Of a DNA stretch of 51,611 nt, positions 8,804-19,702 are shown in pieces. This DNA comes from Gemmatimonadales bacterium (GTDB lineage Bacteria > Gemmatimonadota > Gemmatimonadetes > Gemmatimonadales > GWC2-71-9): the NCBI GenBank assembly GCA_039794085.1, contig JBDIWC010000030.1, positions 1 to 51,611 of the forward strand. Reading direction: 5' to 3'. Below the pieces are notes generated by a model. It saw only the letters and a program-made list of their open reading frames with translations. It was not told where the DNA came from and ran no database searches. Position 1 is the stretch's first letter. Every line of letters starts with the position of its first letter. The translations under genes were made by a program, and so were the position numbers.

Positions 8804-10303
8804 TCACGCGTCCAGTTGGCCCCCTAACTCGACCAGCAGTACATTCTCCCCCGGTCCGACCATCTGGGTCCGGTGGATCGGGCCACCCGAGGCCTCGAGG
8901 ACAGCGGTGACCTCCACACCGAGTGGAATCCCGCAGACCAGAACGAGACCCTCCGCATCGGTTGTCCCCCGCGCGCTCGGAGCGGGCTTCCGTGTCAGCA
9001 CCCTCGTGCTACCCAGCTTCACGTTCAGCGCCTCGTCCCGTCCGACCGTAATCGTAACCGGGACATCCGGCATCGGTGTCCACCGCACCGTATCCACGAC
9101 CTTCACGATCACGCTGCCATGGCCCTCGGCCTGGTCTGGGCAACCCAGTACGGCCGGGCTGTTCCAGTTCCTGGCGCTGGTTGCTTCGGAGGCACCCACA
9201 CCCTGGTGTCCCGGCACGATCTCCAACGCCCGGGCCACGACCTCCGCCTCACCTCCACCCACATGCCATCCGACCACGCCGAGCTGTGCCGAGCGCGTTC
9301 CTCGAGCAGACACCACAGCCCGTTCGGGAACCCCGATGATCGGCGTCTCCACGACCCACCGGTTCACGATCCAACCCACTCCGGGAACTGAGGCGAAGGT
9401 GACGGTGCCTCCGAAGGGACCCGCCACGCGAAGCACCTCGGGAACATTCACATACTCGAAGGTGACCTCCCTGAGATCAGCCCCCGCGCGATCGAGCCAG
9501 AGGGTGCCATTGATCTCGGGGACGGTCCGTCCCGCGAGGGGCACGAAGCGGAGCCCCACCAAGCCTTCCAGTCGCCGGGATTCCACATCGAGGCGAAAGC
9601 AGTGGGTGTCCAGGAACGACTCGTCCAGCAGCATCCGCGCGTCCGGAACATGGAACACGGCGCGGCTCCCCCGGACCTCGATGAACCCGTCGTCCCGTAT
9701 ATCCGCGGAGCCGGTGCTCCGGAAGGGCGGTTCCCGGGTGTAGCTCGCGGCACTCCGGGCCGAGTCCCGGGGCTGTCGTCGACGGTTCAGGGTCTGTTCC
9801 CAGCGCCATCGCCAGACCAGGGGACGGACCGACTCCTCGGTCAGGAGGACCACACTGAGCGCCTTGCCCGCCTCGGCCCACACCTCGGCCGACTCGGTGC
9901 CGGCCACGCCGCGCGCATCGCACGCGACATCGAGTGCCGTGACGTTCACGTCCGGGAGCACGAGTTGCCGGGGTGCCAACGCCACCCGATGGCGCACCGT
10001 GTCGCGTGCCGTGGAGAGAGTGAAGGGTCCGACCGTCCTGGTTTCGGAGCCGATCCGGCTCACCTCCAGCCGGTACCGGCCCGGTTCCACTCCGACGAAC
10101 CGCACCACCCCCTGCAGGTCGGTGAGCCGACGAGCCCGAGGCGCCCCGTCGGCTCCCAGAAGAGAGACGAGGGCGCTGGGTGCTGCCGCCCGACTCGCGG
10201 AATCCACCACCCGGACCTGCACGACCTGGCCGGACAGGAGGCCAGGGCCCAGAGCCCAGAGGGTAGCACACCAGAGGACCGTTCGATGTGTCGCGTGCCT
10301 CAT
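8804..10303 (-). CDS. Secreted protein with N- and C-terminal carboxypeptidase-regulatory-like (Ig-like) domains and a conserved central domain
   Basis: Signal peptide; TDLQGVVRF...PGRYRLEVSRIG; FLDTHCF; GTLWLD; GTTDAEGLVLVCGIP. Confidence 0.8.
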   Translation of the reverse strand: MRHATHRTVLWCATLWALGPGLLSGQVVQVRVVDSASRAAAPSALVSLLGADGAPRARRLTDLQGVVRFVGVEPGRYRLEVSRIGSETRTVGPFTLSTARDTVRHRVALAPRQLVLPDVNVTALDVACDARGVAGTESAEVWAEAGKALSVVLLTEESVRPLVWRWRWEQTLNRRRQPRDSARSAASYTREPPFRSTGSADIRDDGFIEVRGSRAVFHVPDARMLLDESFLDTHCFRLDVESRRLEGLVGLRFVPLAGRTVPEINGTLWLDRAGADLREVTFEYVNVPEVLRVAGPFGGTVTFASVPGVGWIVNRWVVETPIIGVPERAVVSARGTRSAQLGVVGWHVGGGEAEVVARALEIVPGHQGVGASEATSARNWNSPAVLGCPDQAEGHGSVIVKVVDTVRWTPMPDVPVTITVGRDEALNVKLGSTRVLTRKPAPSARGTTDAEGLVLVCGIPLGVEVTAVLEASGGPIHRTQMVGPGENVLLVELGGQLDA

Positions 10304-10484
10304 TCACCGCCTGCCTTTCTTGTGGTACGCCTGCCAGTGATCTTTCAATTCAACTCATACACGCTGGCGAGGCCCATCCAAGTTTCCTTGGATTGGCCCC
10401 GCTTCACGCATGTGAGCTACCAGGTTCCAGGCCACAACGGATTATTCCTGGTGCCCGTGGGAATCACCTCGTACGTCCCACATA

Positions 10485-10727
10485 TCACGGTTCGAGGGTG
10501 TCTCCTGTGCAATTCGCGAGTTCACAGTACGCGGTCGGATGAGACTCACACCAGTTCTGAGAACTTCCCTGGGGACCGACGCAGAGGAAACCAAACCCCG
10601 GCCCGTCGATGGGGGGTTCCTGCGCATCCAGCTCGCTCGCCCTCTCGCGAACGTAGAGGTTGGCCGCGACCAGCGCTCCCACCAGCAGCAGCATCCTGAT
10701 CAGACCCACGTCCTTCAGTTTCGACAT
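10485..10727 (-). CDS. Small (80 aa) exported 4-cysteine peptide
   Basis: AAGGAG SD; basic N-terminus plus hydrophobic core; C-terminal region with 4 Cys. Confidence 0.7.
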   Translation of the reverse strand: MSKLKDVGLIRMLLLVGALVAANLYVRERASELDAQEPPIDGPGFGFLCVGPQGSSQNWCESHPTAYCELANCTGDTLEP

Positions 10728-10943
10728 CCTGTACTCCTTGGTTGAAGTTGATACCACTATTCAGGCGACGGATCGCGGACCTCAGGTGCCTGGCAGGCAT
10801 TGTCCGGGAACCGCCGAGCCCCGGGGACAAGTCACCGGAATTCACGAAGGAGGAGGCGTGGACTATCCCCAGATCCTATCCCCACATGACGGAGTGTTGC
10901 CCCCCGGGGCCGGTCCCCGGCGGATTCCCTCGGCTCGGTTTCG

Positions 10944-11612
10944 GTGGTCCGGGTCGCGGAGGAGCGGTGTTTCCCCGCGCTCGTGGAGCACGTCACCAGC
11001 CTGCCTCCCTGGCTGCCGCTGGTGGCGCTGGCCCCGGGCCACCTGGTGCCGGGCCTGAACGCGCTGATCGAGACCACCGATCAGGCCCGAGCCACCCAGT
11101 CCCTGGTCCTGTCTCACCAGACCACGGCTTTTCCTGACCCCGAGGTCATCTTTCGCCGGATCAACTCACGACCCGTCGTCTCCCCCCACCATCTTGCCCA
11201 GTGGCTGGCCGCCCGGCTCGAACGTCCGGAGCTGGTCCCCCTCCTGGAGGCGGCCATGGCCATGAACGGGGAACCGGAACCGACAACCCTCACACACCGG
11301 ACCCTTCAGAATCGATTGCGGATCGCCATCGACTGCTGCCCGTCGGACCTCAAGCGACTGGCTCGGCTCGCCACCCTCGAACGGATGTTTCCGACCGTCG
11401 GACAGTTGGCCTCCCAAGCGGGTACCACCACGGCCGCCCTCCGCCGACTCACCACCCCGTTGCTCCGCGTGAGCCTCTCGACCTACAACGAGCGTCCGGG
11501 ATGGGAATGGCCGCTGGAAGCCGCCTGCCGCCAGGGGCTGGGGGCTGGGGGCTGGGGGCTAGGGGCTGGGGGCTGGACGAAAATAACGAGTGAGGGGAAG
11601 TTTGAAGTGTGA
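10944..11612 (+). CDS. AraC-like helix-turn-helix regulator (start uncertain)
   Basis: THRTLQNRL...PSDLKRLARL and TVGQLASQAGTTTAALRRLT resemble tandem HTHs; divergent from the peptide gene. Confidence 0.6.
   Translation: MVRVAEERCFPALVEHVTSLPPWLPLVALAPGHLVPGLNALIETTDQARATQSLVLSHQTTAFPDPEVIFRRINSRPVVSPHHLAQWLAARLERPELVPLLEAAMAMNGEPEPTTLTHRTLQNRLRIAIDCCPSDLKRLARLATLERMFPTVGQLASQAGTTTAALRRLTTPLLRVSLSTYNERPGWEWPLEAACRQGLGAGGWGLGAGGWTKITSEGKFEV
11534..11576. repeat. Heptamer array (GGGGCTG)n within the 3' end of the regulator ORF
   Basis: Six units, translated as GLGAGGW repeats. Confidence 0.9.
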
Positions 11613-11952
11613 AGTTCGAAGTGTGAAGTTCGAAGGGTGAATGGTGAAGCGTGAAGGTCCGACCGGGGGTGAGGGACCCCGCGAAGCGGCTGGCTGGCTA
11701 CGGCCACCCGTGTGGGTGCGCCGCTTGCGGCGCACCTCGGAGCAAGGGATTCCGGCACCGCCGTCGGTCCGCCCCAACGGGTCAATGCACGGAACTGCTC
11801 CAGGAGACCGGACGACGGGAAGTTCTCCGACGACCTCCTCAGATCCCTCGCCTGCGGCTCGGGATGACTCCGTGCGCCATCGCCACTGGTCCTGCGGGGT
11901 CCTTTCGCGATGACAGCACCCTCGTCCTTCAGGACCCGTCGCCGCAGGCGCC
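11597..11952 (+). repeat. Inverted heptamer array plus ~275-bp conserved element, copy 2
   Basis: Direct repeat of 7160-7470. Confidence 0.92.
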
Positions 11953-12000
11953 GAGCCCGGGCTTCAGCCCGGGGGCACGCCTAACCCCATACTCACTCTC

Positions 12001-13104
12001 CTAATTCTGCAAAATCGGCAGCGACCCGCCCCGGTTCCGCGCCAACTGGGCCACCGCCTGCGCCATCTCCGTGAGCACCACCGCCGCCGGACTCTCCGGA
12101 AACTCCACCACCACCGGGCTCCCCCGGTCCGCCGCCTCCGCGATGCCGGGCTGCAGGGGCACCCGTCCCAGCAGCGGCACGCCCACCTCTTCCGCCAGCC
12201 GTTCCCCGCCCCCGGTCGCAAAAATGTGCCACACCTTGCCGGTGTCGGGATCGGTGAAACCGCTCATGTTCTCGATCACGCCCAGCACCGGCACGTTGAC
12301 CCGTTCGAACATCCGGGCGCCCTTGAGCGCGTCACCCACGGCCACCTCCTGCGGCGTGGTCACGATGACGGCGCCGTGCACCTGGATGGTCTGCACCAGC
12401 GACAACTGCGCGTCGCCGGTTCCGGGGGGCATGTCCACCAGGAGGAAGTCGAGAGTGCCCCAGTTCACATCGTGGAGGAACTGGTGGATGACCTTCATGA
12501 TGATCGGCCCCCGCCAGATCGCCGGGGCATCGCGATCCACCAGGAATCCGATCGACATGAGCCGGACCCCGTGCGCTTCCAGGGGCTGGATCTTCTGGTT
12601 CACGATCCGGGGGCGCTCATCGATCCCGAACATCCGGGGGATGTTGGGGCCGTAGATGTCCGCATCCATGACGCCAACGGAGTAGCCGGCCCGGACGAGT
12701 GCCACGGCGAGGTTGACGGTGACGGTGGACTTTCCCACTCCCCCCTTGCCGGAGGAGATCGCCACCACGCGGCCAAGTCCCGGGATCGTCATGGGAGTCG
12801 GAGCCGGCACGCCGGTGGCGGCGGAGGCCGGGGCACCGGGGGCCGCATGAGTCGTTTTCGGGGAGCCTCCAGGATCGACCACCTGGATCTTCACCTCGGT
12901 GACGCCCTCGATCGCCTGCAGGGCCTTGCGGGTGTCCCGCACCAGGGTGGCGGGATCCTCCCGCGAGAGGAGAAAGGTGAAGGCCACGCGGCCCTGATCG
13001 ACGACCAGGTCGCGGATCATCCCCGCGGAGAGAAGGTCGTTGTCGACCCGGGGGTTGATGAGACGGGTGAGCGCGGCGGAGACACGCGCCTCGAGATCGG
13101 TCAC
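12001..13104 (-). CDS. mrp: Mrp/NBP35 (ApbC) Fe-S cluster carrier ATPase
   Basis: SGKGGVGKST, DADIYGP, WRGP, DMPPGTGD, ENMS. Confidence 0.93.
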   Translation of the reverse strand: MTDLEARVSAALTRLINPRVDNDLLSAGMIRDLVVDQGRVAFTFLLSREDPATLVRDTRKALQAIEGVTEVKIQVVDPGGSPKTTHAAPGAPASAATGVPAPTPMTIPGLGRVVAISSGKGGVGKSTVTVNLAVALVRAGYSVGVMDADIYGPNIPRMFGIDERPRIVNQKIQPLEAHGVRLMSIGFLVDRDAPAIWRGPIIMKVIHQFLHDVNWGTLDFLLVDMPPGTGDAQLSLVQTIQVHGAVIVTTPQEVAVGDALKGARMFERVNVPVLGVIENMSGFTDPDTGKVWHIFATGGGERLAEEVGVPLLGRVPLQPGIAEAADRGSPVVVEFPESPAAVVLTEMAQAVAQLARNRGGSLPILQN

Positions 13105-13135
13105 GGGTGGTCCTGCGTCGGAGACAAGTGCGTCT

Positions 13136-13378
13136 TCAGAGGGAGTCGATCCGGCGGACCTCGGGGACGGTCTGCCGGAGCCGCACCTCGATCCCCTGCC
13201 GGAGGGTGACGGTCGAGGCGGCGCACCCATGGCAGGACCCCCCCATCCGCAAAGTGAGCACCCCCTCACCGTCGTCAAAATCGATCACTTCCACGGTGCC
13301 GCGGTGCGAGGCGATATAGGGCCGGAGGGCGTCGAGGCTCTGCTCGATGCGGTCGAGAACGTCGGTCGTCGCTGCCAT
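13136..13378 (-). CDS. NifU/Nfu C-terminal domain protein
   Basis: LRPYIASHRG...GSCHGC...TLRQGIE. Confidence 0.9.
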   Translation of the reverse strand: MAATTDVLDRIEQSLDALRPYIASHRGTVEVIDFDDGEGVLTLRMGGSCHGCAASTVTLRQGIEVRLRQTVPEVRRIDSL

Positions 13379-13410
13379 GGTCGCAATATGGGATGGGCGT
13401 CCGGCCGGGG

Positions 13411-14433
13411 TCAACGCCGCTCCCCGTTGGCGAGCCACTCTCGGGCCGCCCCCAGCACCTTCTCCTGCACTTCGGCCAGGGATCCCTCCAGCGCCACCCC
13501 GGCCGCCTTCACATGCCCACCCCCTCCGAAGGGCTTGGCAAAGGCCGCCACATCCACGGCCCCGACCGAGCGGAAGGACACCTTGATTCTCCCCTGGGAC
13601 ATTTCCCGGAAGAGCACCGCCATCCGGGTTCCGCTGATCGACCGGGGGTACTCGACGACGCCCTCCAGGTCGTCGGCGCCCACCTGATGGCGCTCCATCG
13701 CCCCGGGGGGCACTGTCACCCACGACAGTCCGATCTCGGGCTCGACCACCAGAGTCTCCAGGGTTTCCGCGAGCAGGCGGTGACGGCCCTCGGTCGTGTT
13801 GGCGTACACATCGAGATAGATCCCCTCGGGATCCACCCCCGCCTCCAGCAGGTCGGCGGTGATGCGCAGCGTCCGGGGCGACGTGTTGCTGAACCGGAAG
13901 CCCCCGGTGTCGGTCAGGATCGCCACATACAGCGCGCGTGCCGCGGCCGTCGTCACCGTCCAGCCGTTGGCCCGGGCGATCTCGTAGACCAGCTCCCCGG
14001 TGGCGGCGGCGGACGCGTCCACGTAGCGCGGACCCGGCGGCAAGGTCCCCGGGCTCGTGTGGTGGTCGATGCAGGCCACCGGAATCGTGCCGGCGGCCAC
14101 CGTTTCCTGCAGGTGACCCAGCCGGCCGAGATCGGCGATGTCGACCACGATGAGAAAGTCCGTCTTGCGGAGCACCCGGACCGCATCCCGGCTCCGGTCC
14201 ACTCCCGGCAGGCCCTCGAACAGAAACCGGAAACGGGGGCTCGTCGGGCTCGGGTTGGCGATCACCGCCTCGATCCCGATCCGGTGGAGGAGGTGGACCA
14301 GTCCAACCTCACTGCCCAACCCGTCTCCATCCGCATTCACATGGGTGGTCAGGGCCACGCGCATCCCGGGAGCAAGGGCCCCGGCGAGTTCGGCAGCCAA
14401 GGCGCGCTTCGCGTCGGTGAGGGTGATGGTCAT
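13411..14433 (-). CDS. nrnA: DHH/DHHA1 oligoribonuclease/pAp phosphatase
   Basis: HVNADGDGLGS, IDHH, TDTGGF, SFRS, GGGGHVKAAG. Confidence 0.9.
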   Translation of the reverse strand: MTITLTDAKRALAAELAGALAPGMRVALTTHVNADGDGLGSEVGLVHLLHRIGIEAVIANPSPTSPRFRFLFEGLPGVDRSRDAVRVLRKTDFLIVVDIADLGRLGHLQETVAAGTIPVACIDHHTSPGTLPPGPRYVDASAAATGELVYEIARANGWTVTTAAARALYVAILTDTGGFRFSNTSPRTLRITADLLEAGVDPEGIYLDVYANTTEGRHRLLAETLETLVVEPEIGLSWVTVPPGAMERHQVGADDLEGVVEYPRSISGTRMAVLFREMSQGRIKVSFRSVGAVDVAAFAKPFGGGGHVKAAGVALEGSLAEVQEKVLGAAREWLANGERR

Positions 14434-14475
14434 GCGGGTGACGGACGGTGAGGGGGGCGCGTGCGGCGGAGCGAA

Positions 14476-15975
<1,500 letters not shown>

Positions 15976-16344
15976 TCACGAGGCCGAGGAATCCGCGGCG
16001 GGAGACGGTCGCGGCGGGGCCACGGCCGGGGGCGCCGGAGGAGGCACCCGGGTGGCGGCCTCCGCCTCGTCGATCACGGTGCGCGCGGCGGCGGCCACCC
16101 CCTTCATCACCCGGCCCGCGCTTTCGACGAGACCCATCGTTCCGCTGATGGCCTGGATCGGGAGCCGACCCGCCCGCATGGTGTCCTCCACCGACTCGGT
16201 GATCCGGGCAAAGATGTTGGTCGGCCGGGTGCGCTCGGCGTACCGGCTCTCCAGGAAATCCACATAATCCAGCACCTGATACCCGCGCTCGTCGCTCAGG
16301 GTATCGAGCCGCCGCAGGATTCGCTGCTTCAGCAATTCATTCAT
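15976..16344 (-). CDS. Hypothetical protein
   Basis: GGAGG SD; operon position; typical codon bias. Confidence 0.75.
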   Translation of the reverse strand: MNELLKQRILRRLDTLSDERGYQVLDYVDFLESRYAERTRPTNIFARITESVEDTMRAGRLPIQAISGTMGLVESAGRVMKGVAAAARTVIDEAEAATRVPPPAPPAVAPPRPSPAADSSAS

Positions 16345-16353
16345 GGTCCCTCC

Positions 16354-17382
16354 TCACCGGATCCGGACAAGCTCCACGACCGGATTGGGAAGATAACGGC
16401 TCCGGCCCGACCGGATCACCGCCTCGATCGCGATCTCGGTGAGGGGGGCCATCTCCCGGAAGCGGGACACCAGGGCGGGAGGGACCATCACGTAGACGAA
16501 CCCGACCTCCGGGAGGGGGCCCCGGGTGAGCAGATACGGCTGCCCCTCCGGCATCTCGCGCCGAAGGGCGTCGGCGGTCTGGAAGGCGAGGAACTGGAGA
16601 CGCCATTGCACCGTCTGCCCCACGAACCGCTCCGGATTGGCCCGAAGCTCGGCCAGCACCGGCCCATCTGCGGGCCCGGTCTCGATCAGGTCCTCCCGGC
16701 GGACCCACCCCTCGAGGCGCACCCGCACCCAGTCTCCCGCATGCTCCTCCGTCGTGGCCCCGATCTCCGAGAGCACCGATGCCGCCTGTTCCCCCCCCTG
16801 GCTCAGCCGGAGCCGGGTTCCGGGTGCCAGGGTGACGCGGTGTCCACCCCCGGGCGGTGCAGGTGTGCTCGAATCGGCCTGTGCCGGGACGGCCGTGTCG
16901 GGCCGCGAGGGTGACGGTGGGGGCGCCGGGGCCGACGGGAGAGCCGAAGCCGAGATCCACACATCCCGCCGCACCCGGGTCCACCCTCCCTGGACACCCA
17001 CCCGCGAAAAGAGGGCCCCCTGAACCGCCCGGGCGAGAATGGGCCCGTTCGGGGTCCGCCGGATGTTCTCTCCCGTGACCGTGTTAACCATGAGGTCGAA
17101 CCCGTCGCGACCGGTGGGGACGAGTGAGCTTGAGAAGATCCAGGCGTCGATCCGGACCTGACGGAAATTGCCCTGTGCCGTGCCCGGGGTGATCCGGGTG
17201 CCGGCGGGAAAGGTGCCCAGGACAGTTGCTCCGGCGGCGGCATCGCGCAGGAAAGGGGTGTCAGCCCGCAGCGTCACGGCCTGGCCGGCCAGAAAGCCGG
17301 ACGGCGTGAGTGCCAGGCCGAGCGCACAGAGCCAGGCTGGTAGGGCCCGGAAGCAGGGACTAGATTGCGGCGCGCACCTCAC
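16354..17382 (-). CDS. Secreted protein with repeated SH3b-like domains and an OB-like C-terminus
   Basis: Signal-like N-terminus; GNFRQVRIDAWI, GGWTRVRRDVWI, GDWVRVRLEGWV; start uncertain. Confidence 0.7.
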   Translation of the reverse strand: MRCAPQSSPCFRALPAWLCALGLALTPSGFLAGQAVTLRADTPFLRDAAAGATVLGTFPAGTRITPGTAQGNFRQVRIDAWIFSSSLVPTGRDGFDLMVNTVTGENIRRTPNGPILARAVQGALFSRVGVQGGWTRVRRDVWISASALPSAPAPPPSPSRPDTAVPAQADSSTPAPPGGGHRVTLAPGTRLRLSQGGEQAASVLSEIGATTEEHAGDWVRVRLEGWVRREDLIETGPADGPVLAELRANPERFVGQTVQWRLQFLAFQTADALRREMPEGQPYLLTRGPLPEVGFVYVMVPPALVSRFREMAPLTEIAIEAVIRSGRSRYLPNPVVELVRIR

Positions 17383-17412
17383 GATCCGGCATAGTAGACG
17401 TCACGGAGAGCC

Positions 17413-18969
17413 ATGTCAAACCAGCAGACCCGCAGCCCGGTCGTCCTCCTCGTCCTCGACGGATGGGGATACCGGGAAGGGCGGGAGGGCAATGCCATCG
17501 AACTGGCGGAAACCCCGACGTGGCAGGGGCTCTGGTCGGGTGACACCCCCCGCACCCTGCTCGAAGCGAGCGGTCTGCGGGTCGGGCTCCCCGAGTGTCA
17601 GATGGGCAACAGCGAGGTCGGGCATCTGAACCTCGGCGCGGGACGAGTGGTGAGGCAGGACCTGGTCCGGATCGACCAGGCCATCGAGCAGGGCGACTTC
17701 GCTCGCAACGAGGTGCTGCGGGATCTCGCCGCCCATTGCCGGTCCACCGGGGGCACCCTGCACCTGATCTCCCTTCTGGGTGCGGGAGGCGTCCACGCCA
17801 TCGACCGCCATCTCCTCGCCACGGTCGCGGTCGCGGTGAAGGAGGAGGTACCCCGGATCGCAATCCAGGGGATGCTCGACGGGCGCGACTCTCCGCCCAC
17901 CTCCGCCGCCTCCGTGGTGGATACCCTGCGGCGCGATCTCGAGAGGATCGCGGGCCCGCGGGCCGTCATCGCATCTCTCATCGGCCGCTACTTCGCCATG
18001 GACCGGGACCATCGCTGGGACCGGACCCGGAAGGCGTGGGATGCCCTGGTGCATGGACGGGGAGTTCCCGCCACCGACCCGGTCGCGGCCATTCGTGACG
18101 CCTACGCGCGCGGCGAGACCGACGAGTTCATTCCACCCATCGTGCTGACCGACACCGCCGGATCCCCCCGCGCTCCGATCCGCCCGGGCGATGCCGTCTT
18201 CTGTGTCAATTACCGGAGCGACCGGATGCGGCAGATCGTCTCCGCCCTGGCCGTGGACGGGTTCGACGGGTTTCCCGTCCCCGATCGCCCGGCGGTGCCG
18301 CTCGGGACCATGACCCAGTACGACCGGACCTTCCCCTTCCCCGTCGCCTTTCCCCCGGTCACCCTCACCCGCATTCTGGCCGAGGTCCTCGCCGACCGGG
18401 GCCGGACCCAGTTCCGCACCGCGGAAACCGAGAAGTACCCCCATGTCACCTACTTCTTCAACGGCGGGGTGGAGACTCCCTTCCCGAACGAGGAACGGGA
18501 GCTCATTCCCTCGCAGAAGGTGGCCACCTACGACCTCGCTCCGGAAATGAGTGCGGCCGGGATCACCGACGCGCTCTGCCGGGCGCTGCAGAAGGGGGAC
18601 CACGACTTCCTCCTCTGCAACCTGGCCAACGCGGACATGGTCGGCCACACCGGCGTGCTTCCCGCGGTGATCCGGGCCGTCGAGACCATCGACACCTGTC
18701 TGGCGCGGATCGTCCGTGCAACCGACCGGGCCGGCGCGCGTCTCCTGATCACGGCCGACCACGGAAACTGCGAGACTATGATTGACCCCGACACCGGCGG
18801 GATCCACACCGCCCACACTTCCAATCCGGTGCCCTTCCTCGCGCGGGGAACCCCGTTCGGCCCTCTCCGGCCGGGCGGGGCCCTCGCCGACGTGGCACCC
18901 ACCGTGCTTCACCTCCTCGGCCTCGACCCGCCGGCGGAGATGACCGGCCGTTCCCTGGATCGTCCATGA
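17413..18969 (+). CDS. gpmI: 2,3-BPG-independent phosphoglycerate mutase
   Basis: LDGWG, QMGNSEVGH, DGRD, GRYFAMDRD, AETEKYPHVT, DMVGHTG, TADHGN. Confidence 0.97.
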   Translation: MSNQQTRSPVVLLVLDGWGYREGREGNAIELAETPTWQGLWSGDTPRTLLEASGLRVGLPECQMGNSEVGHLNLGAGRVVRQDLVRIDQAIEQGDFARNEVLRDLAAHCRSTGGTLHLISLLGAGGVHAIDRHLLATVAVAVKEEVPRIAIQGMLDGRDSPPTSAASVVDTLRRDLERIAGPRAVIASLIGRYFAMDRDHRWDRTRKAWDALVHGRGVPATDPVAAIRDAYARGETDEFIPPIVLTDTAGSPRAPIRPGDAVFCVNYRSDRMRQIVSALAVDGFDGFPVPDRPAVPLGTMTQYDRTFPFPVAFPPVTLTRILAEVLADRGRTQFRTAETEKYPHVTYFFNGGVETPFPNEERELIPSQKVATYDLAPEMSAAGITDALCRALQKGDHDFLLCNLANADMVGHTGVLPAVIRAVETIDTCLARIVRATDRAGARLLITADHGNCETMIDPDTGGIHTAHTSNPVPFLARGTPFGPLRPGGALADVAPTVLHLLGLDPPAEMTGRSLDRP

Positions 18970-19700
18970 CCCGACTGGCTCTCCGTGTTCACCCACTGGT
19001 GATCGTCCTCGCCCTCGCCGGTCCCGTGGCTCCGCTGGGGGCCCAGGTGGGACACGCCCCGGACCGGTCTCCCTATCGGGACTTGACCCGCACCCAGTTC
19101 GTGACCCTGGTCGGCAGCTCGTTCGGCGGAGGCGGAGGCCGCATCGGGACCGCCCCCCACGATGGCACCCTGCTCGGCGGGCGGCTGGAGTTTCTGGCCA
19201 ACCGCACGCTGGGAATCCAGTTCGGCTTTTCCACCGGAACCCTGGAACGGATGATCGTGAACCCGGAAGGCCCGGTGGACAACCGGGTGTCCGGCCCCGT
19301 GGACCAGACCCTCACCATGGTGGAGTTCGGGGTGCAGCTCAACGTGACCGGCGGGAAGACCTGGCACAACATCGCCCCCTTCGTCGGCGGTGGAATCGGT
19401 CTCGCCTTCTCGGGCGACACACCCGAGGATACCAGCGAATTCGACTTCGGCAACAAGTTCTTCTTCAAGCCGAACATCGGAGCCCGGATCTTTCTCTCCC
19501 GCAGCGTGGTCCTGCGCCTGGAGGCCGCCAGTGTGTTCTGGAAGGTGACCCACCCCGACCAGTTCGCCCTCGATCCTCCCGGTAATCCGGGAACTCCCGT
19601 CAACTCCAACGCCGTCTTCCCGGGTGGCAACCTCAGGGAGTGGATCGGCAACGGGGTGCTGACCGTCGGCCTCGGAACCGCGTTCTCGTTCCCCTTCTGA
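18966..19700 (+). CDS. Outer-membrane beta-barrel-like protein
   Basis: Signal peptide, alternating beta strands, APFVGGGIG, C-terminal Phe. Confidence 0.7.
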   Translation: MTRLALRVHPLVIVLALAGPVAPLGAQVGHAPDRSPYRDLTRTQFVTLVGSSFGGGGGRIGTAPHDGTLLGGRLEFLANRTLGIQFGFSTGTLERMIVNPEGPVDNRVSGPVDQTLTMVEFGVQLNVTGGKTWHNIAPFVGGGIGLAFSGDTPEDTSEFDFGNKFFFKPNIGARIFLSRSVVLRLEAASVFWKVTHPDQFALDPPGNPGTPVNSNAVFPGGNLREWIGNGVLTVGLGTAFSFPF

Positions 19701-19702
19701 CG

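Noticed and set aside
10485..10727. RiPP biosynthetic cluster
   Set aside because: No radical SAM, LanB/C/M, YcaO or peptidase-ABC exporter nearby; kept only as a secreted peptide.
5951..11952. Classical integron, DGR or shufflon
   Set aside because: No tyrosine recombinase, reverse transcriptase, attC-like boxes or adenine-specific TR/VR pair visible in the window.
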